Shown: positions 1-9,792 of the stretch, one piece after another
Layout: each line of letters starts with the position of its first letter
Numbering within the stretch: the stretch's first letter is position 1
Source of the DNA: an uncultured Phascolarctobacterium sp.
GTDB taxonomy: Bacteria; Bacillota; Negativicutes; Acidaminococcales; Acidaminococcaceae
Assembly: GCA_964595445.1 (NCBI GenBank)
Contig: CAZQQK010000002.1
Coordinates: 1-39,546, forward strand
Direction: 5' to 3'
DNA: 39,546 nucleotides
The notes under the pieces: generated by a model
What the model was told of the DNA's origin: nothing
What the model saw: only the letters and a program-made list of their open reading frames with translations
Databases searched by the model: none
Position numbers and translations under genes: made by a program

Positions 1-44
1 TAATTAATTATAATAAATTATGAATCAGCAGATAGGGATATAGT

Positions 45-815
45 ATGTTAAAATCACTTTGTGAAGCTTTAGGTAATAAAATATTAAATTTCTGTGCTGC
101 CAGTGGCAGACTGACACTGTTGTTTTTAGCAACGTTACGGCGTTTAAAAGAAGCTGAATGGAAAGAAGTTATTCGTCAGATGGCTCTTTTGGGTGCGGAT
201 TCTCTGCCTATTGTTATGATGACAATTTTATGTACTGGTATGGTATTTTCTGTGCAGACGGCTAAGGAGTTTGTACGTTTGGGAGCTGCATCATCGGTAG
301 GCGGTATAGTTGCTATTGCTATGGCACGTGAATTGGTTCCGGTATTGACGGGAGTGGTTGTTGCAGGACGTATAGGTGCAGCAATTGCTGCAGAACTTGG
401 AACTATGAAGGTTACAGAACAGATTGATGCAATGCGTGTCATGGCTGCCAATCCTGTAAGTTATTTGGTAGTACCGCGTTTTATTGCTTTAGTTCTGATG
501 ATGCCGCTTTTGGTAGTATTTGCTAATTTTATTGGTAATGTAGGCGGTTGGATTGTGGCACATTATTATGCAGGAATCAGTAGTTTTACCTATGAAAATT
601 CTATAAGGATGCTTGCAGAATTTTATGATGTTTTCGGTGGTATGGTAAAAAGTTGTGTATTTGGAGCTATTATAGCTATAGTTGGTTGTTATAAAGGGCT
701 AAATGCCCCTAACGGTGCTGAGGGTGTTGGACTTGCTACAACTGCTTCTGTAGTGCTTTCAATTATTTTGGTGTTTATCACTAATTATTTTCTTTCTATC
801 ATACTTTATGTATAA
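45..815 (+). CDS. mlaE: MlaE-family ABC transporter permease (phospholipid trafficking)
   Basis: Hydrophobic 256 aa ORF with the MlaE motifs RELVPVLTGVVVAGRIGAAIAAELGTMKVTEQIDAM and GAEGVGLATT; adjacent to an ATPase and an MCE gene. Confidence 0.95.
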   Translation: MLKSLCEALGNKILNFCAASGRLTLLFLATLRRLKEAEWKEVIRQMALLGADSLPIVMMTILCTGMVFSVQTAKEFVRLGAASSVGGIVAIAMARELVPVLTGVVVAGRIGAAIAAELGTMKVTEQIDAMRVMAANPVSYLVVPRFIALVLMMPLLVVFANFIGNVGGWIVAHYYAGISSFTYENSIRMLAEFYDVFGGMVKSCVFGAIIAIVGCYKGLNAPNGAEGVGLATTASVVLSIILVFITNYFLSIILYV

Positions 816-827
816 GGAGCAGGATTA

Positions 828-1598
828 ATGCAATCACAGAAAATTATTCAGCTTAATCAAGTAAAAATAGTTTTTGGCAATAATGTGATATTGGACAGTC
901 TTAATCTTGACGTGTATGCTGGGGAAACATTGGCAGTTATAGGACCGTCTGGTACAGGTAAGAGTACAGTAATTAAATTGCTGACAGGTCTTTTGACTCC
1001 TGTCTCTGGAAGTGTATTGATTGGCGGAGAAGAAACAAATCAGTTTGATGATGACCAATGGGATGCACTGCGCTGTCATATGGGGGTTGTTTTCCAATAT
1101 TCTGCTTTGTTTGACTTTTTGAATGTTGAAGATAATGTAGCCTTTGGCCTTAGACGACATCATAAATTGCCTGAAGAACAGGTACAGAAACGTGTAGATG
1201 AACTGCTGACGATGGTAGGAATGCCAGGTACTCAAAAAATGCTGCCTTCAGAGCTTTCTGGAGGTATGAAAAAACGTGTTGGCTTAGCAAGAGCTTTGGC
1301 TATGCAGCCGCAGATGGTTTTTTATGATGAACCTACATCGGGACTAGATCCAGTTATGACGATGAATATAAGTAAATTGATAAAAAAGACACAGCAGACT
1401 TTTGGAGTTACATCGGTTTTAGTTACGCATGATATGGAGTCAGCTTATTATGCTGCAGACCGTATAGCTATGTTGTATAAAGGAAGAATTGTGCAGATAG
1501 GTACAGTTGATGAAATTAAGAACAGTAAAAATCCTATTGTAAATGCTTTTATCAATGGATTAGAGTTAAAAGAGGAGGAAGCAAATGAGCAGCAGTGA
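828..1598 (+). CDS. mlaF: MlaF-family ABC transporter ATPase
   Basis: Walker A GPSGTGKS, VVFQYSALFD, signature LSGGMKKRVGLARAL, Walker B YDEPTSGLDP; RBS AAGGAG upstream. Confidence 0.95.
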   Translation: MQSQKIIQLNQVKIVFGNNVILDSLNLDVYAGETLAVIGPSGTGKSTVIKLLTGLLTPVSGSVLIGGEETNQFDDDQWDALRCHMGVVFQYSALFDFLNVEDNVAFGLRRHHKLPEEQVQKRVDELLTMVGMPGTQKMLPSELSGGMKKRVGLARALAMQPQMVFYDEPTSGLDPVMTMNISKLIKKTQQTFGVTSVLVTHDMESAYYAADRIAMLYKGRIVQIGTVDEIKNSKNPIVNAFINGLELKEEEANEQQ

Positions 1599-2853
1599 AG
1601 TTAAGGTGGGTGCTTTTGCTTTAGGAGGAGCACTAGTGCTGGCAGGCATCATTACTTTTATGGGAGCTTTTTCCTTTGGTAAAAAAGGGTATGAACTTCG
1701 TATTGATTATCCTCAGGTAAGCGGATTAATGCCTGGACATATTGTGCGTTATGCTGGTGTACAAGTAGGAACCGTAAAAAAGATAAATGTGACTCCTGAT
1801 AAGGTAGAAGTAATTACCGAAATAAATGATGACATAAAAATACCTCAGGGAGCTGTATTTACAATTTCCTCTGATGGGATTATGGGAGAAAAATTTGTCA
1901 GCGTTATTCCGCCTGAGAAATTAGGGCAGGGATATATTACAGAAGGCAGTACAATTAAAGGTGTACCTGGCGGAGGAATGGATGAATTTTTTACCTCCAG
2001 CGGTGATCTTGTAAAACGTATGGAGAATATTGCCAGTGCTTTTGAAAATGTTTTTGGCGACAAAGAAGTCCAAAACTCAATGAAGGCTGGATTTAAAAAT
2101 ATGAATGATATTGCTGAAAACATGAACACGTTTACTAGGGTGATGGCTGATGTGGCTGTTGCTAATCAACAGGATATTACGACTATGATCCATCAGATAA
2201 ATGAACTTAGTCAGAGAATGAATGGTACGGCGGCACACATTGAAAGTATTATGGCTGGTGTTGATAATAATGGCAAGACAGGACAGAATGTGGCTGCTAT
2301 AGCACAAAATATGGCAAATACAAGTAAACGTATGGAAAATATTGTTGAAGTGTTGGAAACTGTGGCTAAGGATCCTGTAACACAGCAGTCACTTAAAGAA
2401 ACCTTGGTTAATGTTAAAGAAACAAGTGAACGTGCCAATAAGATTTTAGGTACGCTTACAGAAGCTAAAATCTCCGCAGATGCAGGGTATGCAGCTAAAG
2501 GCCGTGATTGGCGCAGTAATATAGGTGTGACCTTAACGCCTTCGGATGAAGCTTTTCTTTATATGGGCGAATATGATATAGGCAATGAAAATAAATTTGA
2601 TTTTATTGTTGGCCGTCATTTTGGTAATACAGCTGTGAGCATGGGAGCAATGCAAGGAGATTTCGGTGTTGGAATGAGTTATAATTTTGGCAGGGATTTC
2701 CGTTTATATTCTCAGCTGTATGATTTTGACGATGCTAAAGTGCGTCTTGGTGGTGAGCTCAGGCTTACAGACAGCTTTTCTCTGTATGGAGAAACTATGG
2801 ATTTGCGCGGCAGTAAACGTGATACCTATATGGGTTTAAGAACATATTTTTAA
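1585..2853 (+). CDS. mlaD: MlaD/MCE protein with a long helical stalk and C-terminal beta-barrel-like domain
   Basis: N-terminal TM helix, MCE motifs (SGLMPGHIVRYAGVQVGTV, DGIMGEKFV), ~150 aa helical region, amphipathic beta-strand C-terminus ending YMGLRTYF; RBS GAGGAGG. Confidence 0.93.
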   Translation: MSSSEVKVGAFALGGALVLAGIITFMGAFSFGKKGYELRIDYPQVSGLMPGHIVRYAGVQVGTVKKINVTPDKVEVITEINDDIKIPQGAVFTISSDGIMGEKFVSVIPPEKLGQGYITEGSTIKGVPGGGMDEFFTSSGDLVKRMENIASAFENVFGDKEVQNSMKAGFKNMNDIAENMNTFTRVMADVAVANQQDITTMIHQINELSQRMNGTAAHIESIMAGVDNNGKTGQNVAAIAQNMANTSKRMENIVEVLETVAKDPVTQQSLKETLVNVKETSERANKILGTLTEAKISADAGYAAKGRDWRSNIGVTLTPSDEAFLYMGEYDIGNENKFDFIVGRHFGNTAVSMGAMQGDFGVGMSYNFGRDFRLYSQLYDFDDAKVRLGGELRLTDSFSLYGETMDLRGSKRDTYMGLRTYF

Positions 2854-2886
2854 TGTATGGTACAGAGAAATGTCACAATTTTTTTG

Positions 2887-2916
2887 TTGACAATTCCCTG
2901 CGAAAAAATATATAAT
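2887..2916 (+). promoter_or_regulatory. SigA-type promoter upstream of tolC
   Basis: TTGACA (2887-2892), 18 nt spacer, TATAAT (2911-2916) in the mlaD-tolC gap. Confidence 0.75.
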
Positions 2917-2927
2917 TTTTATACTGA

Positions 2928-2939
2928 CTGACTAGTCAG
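2928..2939. promoter_or_regulatory. Palindromic operator candidate (TetR/AcrR-like)
   Basis: Perfect 12 bp palindrome CTGACTAGTCAG just downstream of the predicted tolC transcription start. Confidence 0.5.
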
Positions 2940-2960
2940 ATGGTGAATGGAGGCTTTTTA

Positions 2961-4373
2961 ATGACTGGATATAAATTAAGTAAACGTTTATTGCTGCTTT
3001 CAGCAGCGCTTACTATGGCTTTAAGCCAATCTGCTTTTGCCGCTGAAACGGTAAAACTGGATTTAGATGATGCTATGCAGCGTGCTTTTGCTACCAATCC
3101 GTCTATTTCCATTGCTGACTATCAGCTGAAGAGTGCTCGCGCAAGTTATAATGCAGCACGTCAGAGCCATGGAATCAGCATCAGTGCAAATCATCAGACC
3201 CAGAGAAGCGGTATGGATGATAACCAATACACCAAAGCCGGCTGGTCTTTTGATAATAATGGTGCTTCTCAATATGTTCCTTCTATAAATACAGGCAAGG
3301 GTATTCATAACAGTCATGCCAATACTATTTCTGCTGCTTTGCCGATTTATACAGGCGGACAGTTGCGAGGTGCTGCTAAGCAGGCTAAGGCAAATTATTT
3401 ATATAATAAAGTAGGTGTGCAACGTGCTTGGAACGAAATGCGTTCTGCAGTTACTAACGGTTACTTTACTATGCTGCAGACAGATAATTTGCAGAAACTG
3501 AACAGAGAATCTGTTGAAAGACTTACAGATCATTTGAAGAACGTACAGGCACAGTATGACGTAGGTGTAGTTGCCAAGGTAGATGTGTTGCGTTCTCAGG
3601 TAGAGTTGGCTAATGCACAGCAAAGTTTGATTCAGGCAGAAAACAATTATCAGATTGCGGAGGCAAATATGAATAAGATTGTTGGACTGCCATTGGATAC
3701 TAAGTTGGAGCTTAACAATTTATTGGTTTACAATCCTTACGATAAGACTATGGAAGAATGTTTGGCTTATTCCACTGAACATCGTCCGGAGTTAGAGCAG
3801 GCAAAACAGAATGTGGAAGCAGCGAAAGGTTCGCTGATGGCTGCACGCAGCGGTCATATGCCCAAGGTTTATGGCAATGCCAGCAAAGGTTGGAGCAGCG
3901 GCAACTGGCCCGGAGATGAAAATGGTGATTGGGCAGTTGGTGTTAGTGTAAGTATGAATGTTTTTGACAGTGGTGTGACGCTGTCTAAGATTCATGGTGC
4001 AGAAGCAGATTTAAAGCAGGCAGAGGAAACATACCGCAATACTGTTGACAGTGTAAATTTAGATGTGCGTACTAATTATCTGGGACTGCGTGAAGCAGAA
4101 AAACGTATTAATACAACAAAATTGGCTGTAGAACAGGCAGATGAGGATTATCGTATTGCTCAACTGCGTTATCAAAATGGCGTTGGTACTAATACTGATG
4201 TACTTGATGCTCAGGTGGCTTTGACTCAGGCGCAGACTAACTACTTGCAGGCTCTTTATGATTTCAATACTTCTAAAACTGATTTGGAAACTGCTATTGG
4301 TGTGCCAATGGTTAATCCTGTTAAAGTTACCGTAGTTTCTGCGGAAGAAAAAACTGAAACAGTAAGTAAATAA
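2961..4373 (+). CDS. tolC: TolC-family outer membrane channel
   Basis: Signal peptide ending SAFA, two OEP repeats (QYDVGVVAKVDVLRSQVEL; RYQNGVGTNTDVLDAQVAL); start moved from 2940 to ATG 2961, which follows GGAGG (2949-2953). Confidence 0.92.
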   Translation: MTGYKLSKRLLLLSAALTMALSQSAFAAETVKLDLDDAMQRAFATNPSISIADYQLKSARASYNAARQSHGISISANHQTQRSGMDDNQYTKAGWSFDNNGASQYVPSINTGKGIHNSHANTISAALPIYTGGQLRGAAKQAKANYLYNKVGVQRAWNEMRSAVTNGYFTMLQTDNLQKLNRESVERLTDHLKNVQAQYDVGVVAKVDVLRSQVELANAQQSLIQAENNYQIAEANMNKIVGLPLDTKLELNNLLVYNPYDKTMEECLAYSTEHRPELEQAKQNVEAAKGSLMAARSGHMPKVYGNASKGWSSGNWPGDENGDWAVGVSVSMNVFDSGVTLSKIHGAEADLKQAEETYRNTVDSVNLDVRTNYLGLREAEKRINTTKLAVEQADEDYRIAQLRYQNGVGTNTDVLDAQVALTQAQTNYLQALYDFNTSKTDLETAIGVPMVNPVKVTVVSAEEKTETVSK

Positions 4374-4378
4374 TTTTG

Positions 4379-4413
4379 AGGTCGTCGTGCTTATGCGGTA
4401 CGACGGCCTTTTT
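4379..4413 (+). terminator. Intrinsic terminator after tolC
   Basis: 12 bp stem AGGTCGTCGTGC / GTACGACGGCCT (two G-U pairs) followed by a T-run. Confidence 0.85.
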
Positions 4414-4517
4414 GTCTTTTTATTATATTTTTATAACTGTTGCTTGATTTATAATATGTTAATCAATAAAAGAAAAAATATTTTACAAATGAAAAAAATG
4501 AGAAATATTTGTAACTT

Positions 4518-4544
4518 GCAGGATGTTTTCTACATATGTCGAAT
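4518..4544 (+). promoter_or_regulatory. SigH-type promoter candidate upstream of tamB
   Basis: GCAGGATGT-N11-GTCGAAT, close to the Firmicute SigH consensus RNAGGAWWW-N11/12-RNNGAAT (one mismatch). Confidence 0.5.
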
Positions 4545-4634
4545 TAATAAAAGTCTAAGTGTTTATAACTGACAAAGTTATATATTTTACAAAAATTTAA
4601 CATGATTATCTGATAATTGTAGTTGGTGAAAAAT

Positions 4635-7600
4635 ATGAAAAAATATCTGCAATTTATTGCTTGCCTTGCTGTTTTGCTTACCGCAGGTTATATATTTTTA
4701 GTTAATACTGTTATGCCGCGTTATATTCGTCAAATGCTGCCCAAAATTGAATTGTTGGCGGATGATTATATTAACGGCAGTATAACTATCGGCAATCTTA
4801 CGTGGGACGGTGGCCTTAGTGCAGAGGCAACGGATGTTATAGTTAAAGACAGCAACGGCAACCAAATAGCCGAGCTGCCGCGTACAGTTCTGACTCTGCG
4901 TCCTTGGTTGGCAATTGATAAGCCTGCACGTGCTTTGAGTCGTATTGAATTAGTGCGTCCTAAAGTTTATTTGACAATGGATGATAAAGAAAAATGGAAT
5001 ATGCAAAATCTCCTAAAACCTTCTGATTCTACAGAAACTCCTTTTTATGGATTGCTTGATATTCAGAATGCGGAATTGATAGTAGGGATGCCGCAGGGAA
5101 AATGGCATTTTGGGGTTGATGGAAATATCAGTGGAGGTGCTAATCCTGATTTTGCTGTAGATATTAAAGTAAGCAGCGGTGAAGATGAGGTAAAACTTAC
5201 TGGATTAATGAATACCAAAGGAGATGGCAGGCTTAAGCTTACTGCTGATGAATTACAGCTGGCAAGATATGCTGCTTTAGCAGAATATTACGCTGGTTTA
5301 GAAGAATTGCAGGGTGGTTTTGCTAAGATGGCATTGCTGTATACCAGCAAGAATGGTGAACAGAAATTTAGTGGTGAGGCAGAACTAAAAGCACTTAGCG
5401 GCAGTATTAAATTGGCAGGTGCTGAACATAATCTGAAATTGGATGGCTTAGTCAGAGCAGATGAAAATTTGGTGCAGATAAGCTCACTTAATATTGATAT
5501 TAATAAACAGAAATTACATTTAGAGGGCGAAGCAGATTTGCGTAACAGCGGTGAACCTGTTTGCAGTGGACTGCTGACAGCAGCACAGCTTAGTTATGGA
5601 GATTATACAGCAGAAAAATTGCGTCTGCCTTTTGCTGTAAATAAAGATGCTGTACAAATTCATAATATGAGTGCAGCTTATGGGGGCGGAACTGTTACTG
5701 CCAATGCTACTTATAATTTAAAAGAAAATTCTCTTGCTGCGGATGTGGATTTGCAGCAAGTAACGCAGAAATTTTCTGGTAAACAGACAGAAAGCATACA
5801 TTTGAACGGTAAACTGGCAGTTTTGGCAAAAAATCTGTCTGAACAGTTACAGCTTCATGCTGCGGCAGATACACTTGCTGTTGAATGGCGCAGTCTTGTT
5901 GTTAATCATCTGGCATTGGATGGAAGCTATGATAAACAGGGATTAAAGATAGATAATTTCAGTGCTTTTGCAGGTGAGCATGGCTCTTTAGCTGCAAATG
6001 GCAGCATAAACAGCGATGGAGTAGTTAATATTAGTGGCCGCATGGCTGATTTTCCGATTAACCCTATTTTAGATATTGCAGCAGGGCAGTCAGGCAGAGG
6101 TTTGTGTTCTACTGGATTTAGGATTGGCGGTAATCTTGCAGCACCGGAATTTGCTGGGATTATTCAGTTGACACATACGCAATTTATGCAGCAGAAAATT
6201 AATGAGGCACATGGGTTTGTTGGTTTAAAGGATAATATTCTCACCTTTAAAAATTTTGCAGCTAATATGGAACAAGGAAAGCATATACTTAACGGTACTG
6301 TTAACTTGCAGGGCGAAGAACCTTATGCAGATTTAGTATTGGAAAGTGCAGGAGTTCGCATTGAGCCTCTGATGGCGATTATTAATAAATCAGATTTGGT
6401 AACTGGTAATTTAGATAACGTTGTACAGGTAAAAGGTACGCTTGCACATCCTTACGTTTATGGTGAAATATATGCTTCGGACGGCAGTGCTGCACATCAA
6501 TTGTTTAACAGTGTAAGCGGACGCTATATGTATGAGGATGGCAGATTGCAGTTGCAGAACTTTGTTGTAGATGCTTTTTATGGCAGACTGAAGCTTGATG
6601 GTACTATGACAAAGGATAATGATTTAGACTTTATTATGGATGCACAGGATATTGAACTGTCACATTTGCCTATAAGTAATGATACTGTCGCATTGAAAGG
6701 GAAGGTTAATGCTGATGGTCATTTGAGCGGTACATTGACAGCACCATATTTTTATGGTGATATAAGCAGCGATGAAATTTCTGTCAATGGAGAAATCTTA
6801 ACAGAGATGCAGGGTACATTGGCAAGCAACGGACTTGATATTAATAAACTGGACGCTTCTTTTAAACAGCCTTATCGTGATGATCCAATTAATTATGGCT
6901 TATACAGTGCAGATATAAATATCAATCTTGTTGAAAATTATATAGACGGTAAAGTTGAAAATATTTGGGGTGATATTAATGGTCTGCTGCGTATGGCACG
7001 TTTAGATTATGATATTAATGGTCAGATGCAGGGACAGTTGCTGTTCAGTTATAATGGGCATGGTAATGGTGTAAAAATTATTGCTTCAGCAGATGATGTT
7101 AAGATTCATGATTTAAACTATGCACATATGAATTTTGAGGGGCGTGTAGATAAGGGCGGTGTCCTGCATTTTGATAATGTTAAATTGCAGGAGCAGGATG
7201 CTGTAGAAGATAAGGGCATTATTGCTGTTGGCGGTTGGCTCGATATACCAGGACGGAAACTTGATATTGAGGCGGCAGCAGTAAAAGCTAATCCAGCAGT
7301 TGTTACTGCTATTATGAAAGATCCACCGGAAATAAAAGGCGAAACTGATATGCTGGTACAGGTACAGGGAAGCTTGGATAATCCGCAAGGCACAGCTTCT
7401 TTGGAGATAACAAATGGATCTATTGCTGGTGTTATGATGGATGATTTAACAGCAATGCTGTCATTGGCTGATGACAACATTGAGTTACAGCAGTTGATTG
7501 CTACAAGAGATGCTTATGGTGTAACTGCTGCTGGTGATATTCCTCTGGATTTATTCCGTTCAAAAGAGCAGCGTCATAATTCTAATGCACAGATGAATGT

Positions 7601-8927
7601 TATCGTAGATTTGGATCAGGCTCGCTTAGGTATGCTGCCTGCGCTGACAAAAATGGTTGAATGGGGTGTTGGAGATACACAGGGTAAGATTCGTCTTGCT
7701 GGTACATTGGAAGAACCTTTGCTGTTTGGTTCTGTAAAAATTGCCGGCGGCAGTGTAAAAGCGAAGTATCTTGATACTGTTTTGGATGATATTAATTTGG
7801 ATGTGTTGTTCAATGGAAATACTGTACAGTTGAAAAACTTATCTGCTAAGCTTGGTAAGGGAAGTTTGACGGCTGAAGGCAGTTATGCTCTGCATACAGA
7901 TGCTGATACAGCCTATGCTTTGCACATAAAGGCTGATAAGGCACAGCTTGCATCACAGATTTTTACAGGAACTATTAACAGTGATGTGATAATAGAGCCT
8001 CAAAAATATCGTGATTTCCGAAAGACGCAAAACAACTCTGAAACTAAAGTTGAATATCGTCCGCTGGTTAAGGGCAGTCTGCGCCTTGATGATGTGCTTG
8101 TAAATATGCCGACTGTACCAGAATTTGGTGAAGGTGAAACTAATATCGGCTTAGATATGAAAATTGAACTGGGCCCTAAGATACATATGTATAATAGTTA
8201 TCTTTATGATATTTGGCTCAGTGGGGGGATTCATATTAAAGGCAGTACTGTTTTCCCTAATATTGAGGGCAATATCAGAGCTGATAAAGGAAAGATAACG
8301 TATCTGCGTACAGATTTTAAACTCAATAATGCTAATTTAGTTTGGGTAGAACCTGGAACTTTCCTGCCTAATGTTAATATGGACAGTACGGCACGTTTCA
8401 GCCGGTACAACATATTTATGAAGATTAACGGCCCGGTAACTGAAATGGATTTACAGCTGACAAGTAATCCTCCTCTGACGCAGAATACAATTATACGTAT
8501 GCTGACTTTGCAGCGTGAAAGCGGCGGCAGCAATGAAGTTACCAGTGAAGATATGACTAATTTGATGACCGTAGGTTTGCAGATGACAGTATTGGGTGAC
8601 GTGGAAATGCTGATTAAACAGACACTTGGTCTTGACCAGTTCCGTATCTATACTGGTAAGGTTCGTTCAGGTATAGGTTTTGAGGGAACTCGTGATCATA
8701 ATAGGGAGTTGACGTCAGATGAACGAAACCAGTATAATGTACTAGTAAGCAAATATCTGAATAATAATTTTATGCTTGGTTATACTACAAGTTTTGATGC
8801 TGTTGACAGAAGTTATTTTGGACAATATGATATTGGCAGACATATGAATGTTACTTATTCCCGCAGTTATGATTTATCAAAGAAAGCGGAAGATTGGTAT
8901 GGGTTGGAATACAAGATAACTTTTTAA
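4635..8927 (+). CDS. tamB: TamB / AsmA-like translocation and assembly module protein (C-terminal DUF490)
   Basis: ~1430 aa, N-terminal TM anchor, repetitive beta-taco strands (e.g. GNLAAPEFAG, GTLAHPYVYG, GTLEEPLLFG), DUF490-like end (LTSNPPLTQNTIIRML...GLEYKITF); ATG 4635 preferred to TTG 4623. Confidence 0.92.
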   Translation: MKKYLQFIACLAVLLTAGYIFLVNTVMPRYIRQMLPKIELLADDYINGSITIGNLTWDGGLSAEATDVIVKDSNGNQIAELPRTVLTLRPWLAIDKPARALSRIELVRPKVYLTMDDKEKWNMQNLLKPSDSTETPFYGLLDIQNAELIVGMPQGKWHFGVDGNISGGANPDFAVDIKVSSGEDEVKLTGLMNTKGDGRLKLTADELQLARYAALAEYYAGLEELQGGFAKMALLYTSKNGEQKFSGEAELKALSGSIKLAGAEHNLKLDGLVRADENLVQISSLNIDINKQKLHLEGEADLRNSGEPVCSGLLTAAQLSYGDYTAEKLRLPFAVNKDAVQIHNMSAAYGGGTVTANATYNLKENSLAADVDLQQVTQKFSGKQTESIHLNGKLAVLAKNLSEQLQLHAAADTLAVEWRSLVVNHLALDGSYDKQGLKIDNFSAFAGEHGSLAANGSINSDGVVNISGRMADFPINPILDIAAGQSGRGLCSTGFRIGGNLAAPEFAGIIQLTHTQFMQQKINEAHGFVGLKDNILTFKNFAANMEQGKHILNGTVNLQGEEPYADLVLESAGVRIEPLMAIINKSDLVTGNLDNVVQVKGTLAHPYVYGEIYASDGSAAHQLFNSVSGRYMYEDGRLQLQNFVVDAFYGRLKLDGTMTKDNDLDFIMDAQDIELSHLPISNDTVALKGKVNADGHLSGTLTAPYFYGDISSDEISVNGEILTEMQGTLASNGLDINKLDASFKQPYRDDPINYGLYSADININLVENYIDGKVENIWGDINGLLRMARLDYDINGQMQGQLLFSYNGHGNGVKIIASADDVKIHDLNYAHMNFEGRVDKGGVLHFDNVKLQEQDAVEDKGIIAVGGWLDIPGRKLDIEAAAVKANPAVVTAIMKDPPEIKGETDMLVQVQGSLDNPQGTASLEITNGSIAGVMMDDLTAMLSLADDNIELQQLIATRDAYGVTAAGDIPLDLFRSKEQRHNSNAQMNVIVDLDQARLGMLPALTKMVEWGVGDTQGKIRLAGTLEEPLLFGSVKIAGGSVKAKYLDTVLDDINLDVLFNGNTVQLKNLSAKLGKGSLTAEGSYALHTDADTAYALHIKADKAQLASQIFTGTINSDVIIEPQKYRDFRKTQNNSETKVEYRPLVKGSLRLDDVLVNMPTVPEFGEGETNIGLDMKIELGPKIHMYNSYLYDIWLSGGIHIKGSTVFPNIEGNIRADKGKITYLRTDFKLNNANLVWVEPGTFLPNVNMDSTARFSRYNIFMKINGPVTEMDLQLTSNPPLTQNTIIRMLTLQRESGGSNEVTSEDMTNLMTVGLQMTVLGDVEMLIKQTLGLDQFRIYTGKVRSGIGFEGTRDHNRELTSDERNQYNVLVSKYLNNNFMLGYTTSFDAVDRSYFGQYDIGRHMNVTYSRSYDLSKKAEDWYGLEYKITF

Positions 8928-8985
8928 AAACAGTGGATGTGTATAATAATCACTGCTGTTGTATTATTAGAAAGGAGGTGAAAAC

Positions 8986-9621
8986 ATGCTGAAAAATTAC
9001 CTGGAAGAAATAAAAAAGACTTCGTTGCTGACTCCAGAAGAAGAACATATTTTATGGATACGTGCTGCCGCTGGTGATATGAATGCACATCAGCATTTGA
9101 TGACAGCATATCAGCCTTTGGTGTTTAAAATTGCGGTCAGTTTTAAACTGCCGGAAGCAGAAACTATGGAATTAATCCAAGAGGGTATGGTGGGACTTTT
9201 AGAAGCAGCAGAAACATATGATTATAAAAGGCAGGTTGCTTTCAGTCTGTTTGCCTCCTATCGTATTAAAGGAAGTATGCTGGACTATTTAAAGCGGACA
9301 TCTGTAAAAGGGTTGTTGTATTTAGACAGCGAATTATCACAGGGTTTTACTTTGAGTGAAGCTCTGCCTTCGGCAGATGCTTCTCCAACTGAGCTTACTG
9401 AGCAGAATTTGCTGAAAGAAAAAGTGGCTCAGGCTATGGAACGTCTGCCGCGTAAGGAACAGCAGGTTTTGCAGGGAATGTATTTGGAGGAGCGTACAGC
9501 ACAGGCTGTTGCTGATACTATAGATGTTAGCCTTGGACACGTCTATCGTTTGCAGAAGCAGGGAGTAAGGCGTATCAGAGGTATGTTGTCTCGTTTTATT
9601 CATGACTTTAACAAAGGATAG
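8986..9621 (+). CDS. Sigma-70 family RNA polymerase sigma factor (FliA/WhiG/sporulation-sigma-like)
   Basis: Region 1.2 YLEEIKKTSLLTPEEE, region 2 ELIQEGMVGLLEAAETYD..AFSLFASYRIKGSMLDYLKR, region 4 HTH LPRKEQQVL..VSLGHVYRLQKQGVRRIR; strong RBS AAAGGAGGTG. Confidence 0.9.
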   Translation: MLKNYLEEIKKTSLLTPEEEHILWIRAAAGDMNAHQHLMTAYQPLVFKIAVSFKLPEAETMELIQEGMVGLLEAAETYDYKRQVAFSLFASYRIKGSMLDYLKRTSVKGLLYLDSELSQGFTLSEALPSADASPTELTEQNLLKEKVAQAMERLPRKEQQVLQGMYLEERTAQAVADTIDVSLGHVYRLQKQGVRRIRGMLSRFIHDFNKG

Positions 9622-9692
9622 TTTTTACATTAAAGTATATATGTTGAATAATAACGAAAAAGCGTGAAAACAATCGTTATCTTTACTAAATC

Positions 9693-9701
9693 TGATATAA
9701 T
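9693..9701 (+). promoter_or_regulatory. Extended -10 promoter candidate upstream of the hypothetical gene and bamA
   Basis: TGaTATAAT in the 171 bp gap; no clear -35. Confidence 0.4.
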
Positions 9702-9792
9702 CATTAAACATGCCTTGTGAAAAACTTGTGTGGCAGATGATTATATAAGACATAGTTATTTTTAATAATTATGTACAGAAAGGGGTAGAAGC

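Noticed and set aside
4387-4572. 61 aa ORF in the tolC-tamB gap
   Set aside because: Starts inside the terminator hairpin, has no convincing RBS and is AT-rich low-complexity sequence overlapping the promoter region.
9714-9730. CTTGTG-N5-CTTGTG direct repeat downstream of the extended -10 before the hypothetical gene
   Set aside because: Only two 6-mers; too little information to call without conservation data.
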